Assembly: GCA_031459535.1 (NCBI GenBank)
Contig: JAVKIJ010000004.1
Location: 79-64,078, forward strand
Origin: Candidatus Fervidifonticultor quintus
GTDB lineage: Bacteria > Sysuimicrobiota > Sysuimicrobiia > Sysuimicrobiales > Humicultoraceae
Length of the DNA stretch: 64,000 nucleotides
Direction: 5' to 3'
A program made the position numbers and the translations under genes. Shown piece after piece: positions 61,870 through 64,000 of the stretch (within the stretch, counting starts at the first letter, position 1; every line of letters starts with the position of its first letter). The notes beneath the pieces were generated by a model. It was not told the origin of the DNA and searched no databases. It was given only the letters and a program-made list of their open reading frames with translations.

Positions 61870-62050
61870 CTGCCTTCTGAGCCTTGTCGCTCACCTGCTA
61901 GGGCCTTGGTTGTGCGCGTTGCGATGCCCCAATACTTGTGTGTAACAGCCGCGAAGCAGGGTCTAGCAGGCGGCCACGAGTGAAAAGTTCCTACTGGGGC
62001 TCGGCCGCCTCAGTTTCAATGTGAGGGCTATAGGGTTCGCACCCCAGACA

Positions 62051-62932
62051 ATGCCGAGTGACCTACCATTCGCGTCGGTAGTGGTGCCCACCAGGAACCG
62101 GGCGGCCGGACTTCTGCGACGATGCCTGAAGAGCTTGCTCGCTCAAGACTATCCTCCCGATCGATACGAGGTTATCGTCATCAACGACGGATCGACGGAC
62201 AACACCTCTGAGGTGGTCGCGCGTTTCGCCGGAAGAGAGACCCCTCCCGTCCGCTACGTGCCCCAGCCGCACGGTGGCCTGAACAGCGCCCGGAACGCCG
62301 GGATTGCTGCAGCCCGGGGTGACCCCATCTGCTTCGTCGACGACGACGTGGAAGCCCCGCCAGGATGGCTCTCAGCCCTTGTATCGGGGGCACTTCGTCA
62401 CCCGGAGGCGGGCTGCTTCGGAGGCCCCATCCGGCTCCGCCTGGAGGGAACGCCTCCTCGCCTGCGCGGCCATGAACCGCTCGGCGAGAGCGAGCTGAAT
62501 CTGCGGGACGCGGAGGGAGAGGACGCTCTCGTCTGGGGAGCGAACATGGCTGTTCGCCGCAGCGCCCTCGCACAGGTCGGCGCCTTCGACGAAGAGCTCC
62601 CGATCTCCGGTGACGAGCAGGAGTGGGAGGAGCGGCTGCTCGACGCAGGGGGCAAGATCCGCTACATCGCAGACGCGTGGCTATGGCACCTCCGAACGCA
62701 GGAGGACCTCAGGTTGACAACCATGATGCGGCGGCGCTTCATTCGTGGAATGCATCGCATTTTTTACCTTCGGAAGCGCGGCCTCCCGCTGCCGACGGTC
62801 CGCGGCGAGTTGATCTCGGCGCTGCGCGTGGTGGGTCACGCCGTCAGGAGACGGTGTGCCTGGGGGCTGCTGGCTGCTGCGGGGCATGTCGGAGCCGCTT
62901 GGGCACCTGTTGTGGAGGGACGGAGACGTTGA
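62051..62932 (+). CDS. family 2 glycosyltransferase
   Basis: ASVVVPTRNRAAGL...EVIVINDGSTDNT...CFVDDDV (DxD). Start 62051 (ATG) or 62021 (GTG). Confidence 0.85.
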   Translation: MPSDLPFASVVVPTRNRAAGLLRRCLKSLLAQDYPPDRYEVIVINDGSTDNTSEVVARFAGRETPPVRYVPQPHGGLNSARNAGIAAARGDPICFVDDDVEAPPGWLSALVSGALRHPEAGCFGGPIRLRLEGTPPRLRGHEPLGESELNLRDAEGEDALVWGANMAVRRSALAQVGAFDEELPISGDEQEWEERLLDAGGKIRYIADAWLWHLRTQEDLRLTTMMRRRFIRGMHRIFYLRKRGLPLPTVRGELISALRVVGHAVRRRCAWGLLAAAGHVGAAWAPVVEGRRR

Positions 62933-63969
62933 CCCTGCGCAGCCAGCTGCAGTCGGTCTCTGTCGTCATCCCCACCCGGAACCGCTTGGCGCTCCTGCAG
63001 GAAGCAATCGAGAGCGTGCGGCGCCAGACCTATTCCCACTGGGAGCTGATCGTCGTGGACGACTGCTCCGAGGATGACACCTGGGCCTGGCTCTCGTCGC
63101 TCGGGGATCCCCGCATCCGGGCCGTGCGGCTGGAGCGGCACTCGGAGCGCAGCGCGGCACGGAACCGCGGCCTCGCCGAGGCGAGGGGTGAGTACGTGCT
63201 CTTCCTGGATGACGATGACCTGCTCACCCCGAGGGCCCTGGAGCGCCTGATGGAGGCCGCCAGGAGGCACCCGGATGCGGTCGGGGTCGCCGGCGCCGCG
63301 GTCCAGTTCGACGGCAGGGGGCACCGCCGCCGCGTCTCCTGGGTGAAGCGGCGGTGGCAGGGGCGAGTCTGGCCCGTCGTGCTCTGGGGGCGATGGATCC
63401 TGCCTGGGCAGGCGGCGATCCGCCGCGACGAATTAGTCCAGATCGGGGGATGGGGCGAACGCCTGACGGCCGGCGAGGATCAGGAACTCTGGCTCCGGCT
63501 TGGGCTCCGCGGGCCGGCCGTACTCCTGCCTAACGTGGTGCTAAAGAACCGGGTGCACATGACGTGGCGCGGGGCGGACACGGCCGAGGTGGAATCGCGT
63601 ATCCGCCAAGTCTTCCTAGAACGGTTGCCCGCCACCGAGGCCAGCCTGGCCCGACGGGTCCTCGCATCCAGGGAGGCCTTTGGGCGCGCCGCCACCGCTT
63701 ACGCCGAGAATAGGTTTCGCGAGGCGTTTACCTGGTGGACGCGGAGTCTGCGCGAGGCGCCTGACGTCACTCTGTCAGCGCCTCTGCGAGAAACCCTGCT
63801 GGGGGTAGGGGTTCGGATCATCCTCGGCCTCGTGCTTGGGTCGCGCGGCGTTGATCTACTCCGGCGCGCATGGCCCCGCGGACGCGAGCGGCTACGTAGG
63901 GCGCCGCATGGCCAGGTCCAGGTATCGGGTTCGGCCCTTCGCCCATCAGATCACCGGATCGGCGATTGA
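62929..63969 (+). CDS. family 2 glycosyltransferase
   Basis: TTG 62929 (TTGA overlap). VSVVIPTRNRLALL...ELIVVDDCSEDDT...LFLDDDD (DxD). Confidence 0.85.
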   Translation: MTLRSQLQSVSVVIPTRNRLALLQEAIESVRRQTYSHWELIVVDDCSEDDTWAWLSSLGDPRIRAVRLERHSERSAARNRGLAEARGEYVLFLDDDDLLTPRALERLMEAARRHPDAVGVAGAAVQFDGRGHRRRVSWVKRRWQGRVWPVVLWGRWILPGQAAIRRDELVQIGGWGERLTAGEDQELWLRLGLRGPAVLLPNVVLKNRVHMTWRGADTAEVESRIRQVFLERLPATEASLARRVLASREAFGRAATAYAENRFREAFTWWTRSLREAPDVTLSAPLRETLLGVGVRIILGLVLGSRGVDLLRRAWPRGRERLRRAPHGQVQVSGSALRPSDHRIGD

Positions 63970-64000
63970 TGCTTCTTGACCGGCGCCCGGGGCATCTGCT

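Noticed and set aside
1-64000. Looked for CRISPR arrays, rRNA genes, IS elements/transposases, integrases, and phage structural genes
   Set aside because: No regularly spaced repeat arrays, no rRNA-like stretches, and no ORF with DDE, tyrosine- or serine-recombinase motifs were seen. The only stable RNA gene I could support is tRNA-Pro.

Overview
All calls below come from reading the sequence and the ORF track by eye, with no homology search or folding tool. Many start codons are uncertain by a few codons. This is a very GC-rich bacterial chromosomal segment. Ordinary 60-nt lines I hand-counted were 41/60 and 50/60 G+C. It is densely coded, with many GTG/TTG starts and many 4-nt start/stop overlaps (ATGA/GTGA/TTGA). 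Most long alternate-frame or antisense ORFs in the track are high-GC artefacts.

The first ~44.8 kb is mostly core metabolism and transport:
- an ECF sigma / anti-sigma / RseB-like operon
- a pdaD-speE-speB polyamine operon
- a split Liv-type ABC importer with two adenylate-forming ligases
- lysA, scpA-scpB and a D-Ala-D-Ala carboxypeptidase
- a BtuF-like binding protein plus an ATPase fusion, with no permease
- cmk and plsC
- an Fe3+/thiamine-type ABC importer
- a glycerophosphodiester / glycerol-3-phosphate locus
- ispH, der and mutM

A tRNA-Pro(GGG) at 44898-44974 marks the start of an accessory stretch. It holds an MntA/HepT module, an MFS transporter, a SARP-like stub, a frameshifted serine protease and vapBC. 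From 50.5 kb to the window end there is a mosaic polysaccharide export locus: a NusG paralogue, Wza-like, Wzi-like, Wzc, Wzm/Wzt, a methyltransferase and GT2 genes.

The most interesting signal is a recurring architecture seen three times. A small cargo (dinB-like, vapBC, or a DUF433/DUF5615 toxin-antitoxin pair) lies antisense inside a + strand operon. It sits exactly between an intact host gene and a diverged partial second copy of that same gene. No integrase, transposase or inverted repeats are visible.

Gene order (lysA-M50-scpAB-dac, cmk-plsC, ispH-der) is reminiscent of Firmicutes-type synteny, while the Wza/Wzi-like genes hint at an outer membrane. That taxonomic inference is weak.
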